DNA of 64,000 bases. It comes from Octopus sinensis (lineage: Eukaryota). The notes under the pieces were generated by a model that did not search any database, had not been told where the DNA came from, and saw only the letters and a program-made list of their open reading frames with translations. Within the stretch, counting starts at the first letter, position 1; each line of letters opens with the position of its first letter. Shown here piece after piece: positions 62,841 through 64,000 of the stretch. Location: contig NC_043006.1 in NCBI RefSeq assembly GCF_006345805.1, positions 84,444,001-84,508,000 of the forward strand. Direction: 5' to 3'. Made by a program: the position numbers and the translations under genes.

Positions 62841-64000
62841 CTCTCGCTCTCTCTCTCCCTCACGCACAGAAACAAACAGTCACATACACACATACACATA
62901 GTAACTCCGATTACGTATCTGATGAATGTATATGTGTAAGTCGCACCAACCAGTTTCCAGAACCATCGATGTAGGCTTCACTTATTACTGCGCATGAAGA
63001 ATGGAACCGCTGCTTGCTGGAAATAGGTAAAACACCCTCACATCACACCTGGATGGCAAACCAAAGAGAGAACGTCTTCTACACGATTATTTGAAATGCT
63101 AGAAATAGTAGTCAAATCTTTCCTAGTTTACATCTTACTCTATTAAAAACGGACGTGTTGGATAATATGACTAGGGGTCCTTCCACTTGCAAGTATATTA
63201 GCTTGATACTCGGTGAAAGGAGAGAGTTTAACGTTGGTAAACCTCTCAGTCTTATCATTAAAGGTGCGAAACTGAGTAATACAATCTGGTTGATAACTGA
63301 TGAAGAATTAGGGACCTTCTGTGTTAGTTTTCGGTCCGTTCGTGTACTCAATATACGTTATACGTTTTCTATTTGTCATTTGTGCATTTACAATATTTTT
63401 TTTCATTGGTTAAGAGGCACAGGAGTTCGGGTTCAGTCTTTCTTCACGGCAACTTGGACAAATGTGTTGTTTTATTATAGCCCGGGCCGACCAGCGCCTT
63501 ATGAGTGAATTTGGTGGACGAAAACTGAGGAAACCCTTCATGAGTGTGCGCGCACGTGGGTGTGTTTGTGTTTGTGTGTGTGTGTGTGCGCGCGTGCGCG
63601 CGTGGGACGCCACACTTGGTTGGCAATTATATGTTTGTTACAATTGTTATTGTTTTATTACGATGTCATATATCAACAGAAAATGGCTGGTCAGTCCATC
63701 TCATGGTCCCAGCAGACAAAATGGAAGAGGCATTGCCCCAGAGGATGGTAAGGGAGATGCGTTGGAACAGCCATTCTGATTCAGGAGGTTCGTGCTTGCC
63801 GATAGCCATCTCCGCCCCGATAGCAGTGAACTGGGATGTAGTCCAAGAGCGAAGGGTCGAGAACGCCGGTGATCTCTCTAGTGCTACAGGCTCGACCACA
63901 AACTTGTGAGTGAGCTATCGATATGAGGGTATTTTGTAATTTTTAATTAGGCAATTGTTCTTAATCTAAAGATTTTTCGCGATTCACGATTATTTTTAAC

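Overview
AT-rich, microsatellite-dense eukaryotic genomic DNA. It is most likely from an octopus (inferred from the SINE and Penelope repeat families I recognise; not confirmed by any search). There is one 100-N scaffold gap at 13853-13952. No complete host gene, rRNA, bona fide tRNA or CRISPR array is present, and nearly all ORF-track entries are translations of simple repeats. The window reads as intron or intergenic sequence containing: (1) about 40 copies or fragments of tRNA-derived SINEs; (2) a near-intact DD34D mariner (26604-27850) nested in a SINE, plus a decayed one; (3) a 5'-truncated Penelope-like element with an open GIY-YIG endonuclease frame (19772-21315); (4) ORF1-only LINE derivatives, HERO and RTE fragments, and hAT, Tigger and piggyBac-like MITE pieces; (5) two good orphan exon candidates (2408-2456, 56445-56541) and one weak one (22993-23184). 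The main discovery is an unusual density of hammerhead ribozyme motifs. Three unrelated non-coding ~450-530 bp elements each carry a type I hammerhead: canonical at 4977-5057/5624-5703 and 39608-39667, and one substitution from canonical at 18603-18678. Each is inserted as a head-to-head inverted pair whose segments are circularly permuted, the pattern expected from reverse transcription of a circular or multimeric RNA (retrozyme-like). Minimal or variant hammerheads also occur in Penelope terminal repeats and in a tRNA-headed SINE. All coordinates were read by eye, so repeat boundaries are approximate to about 10 bp.
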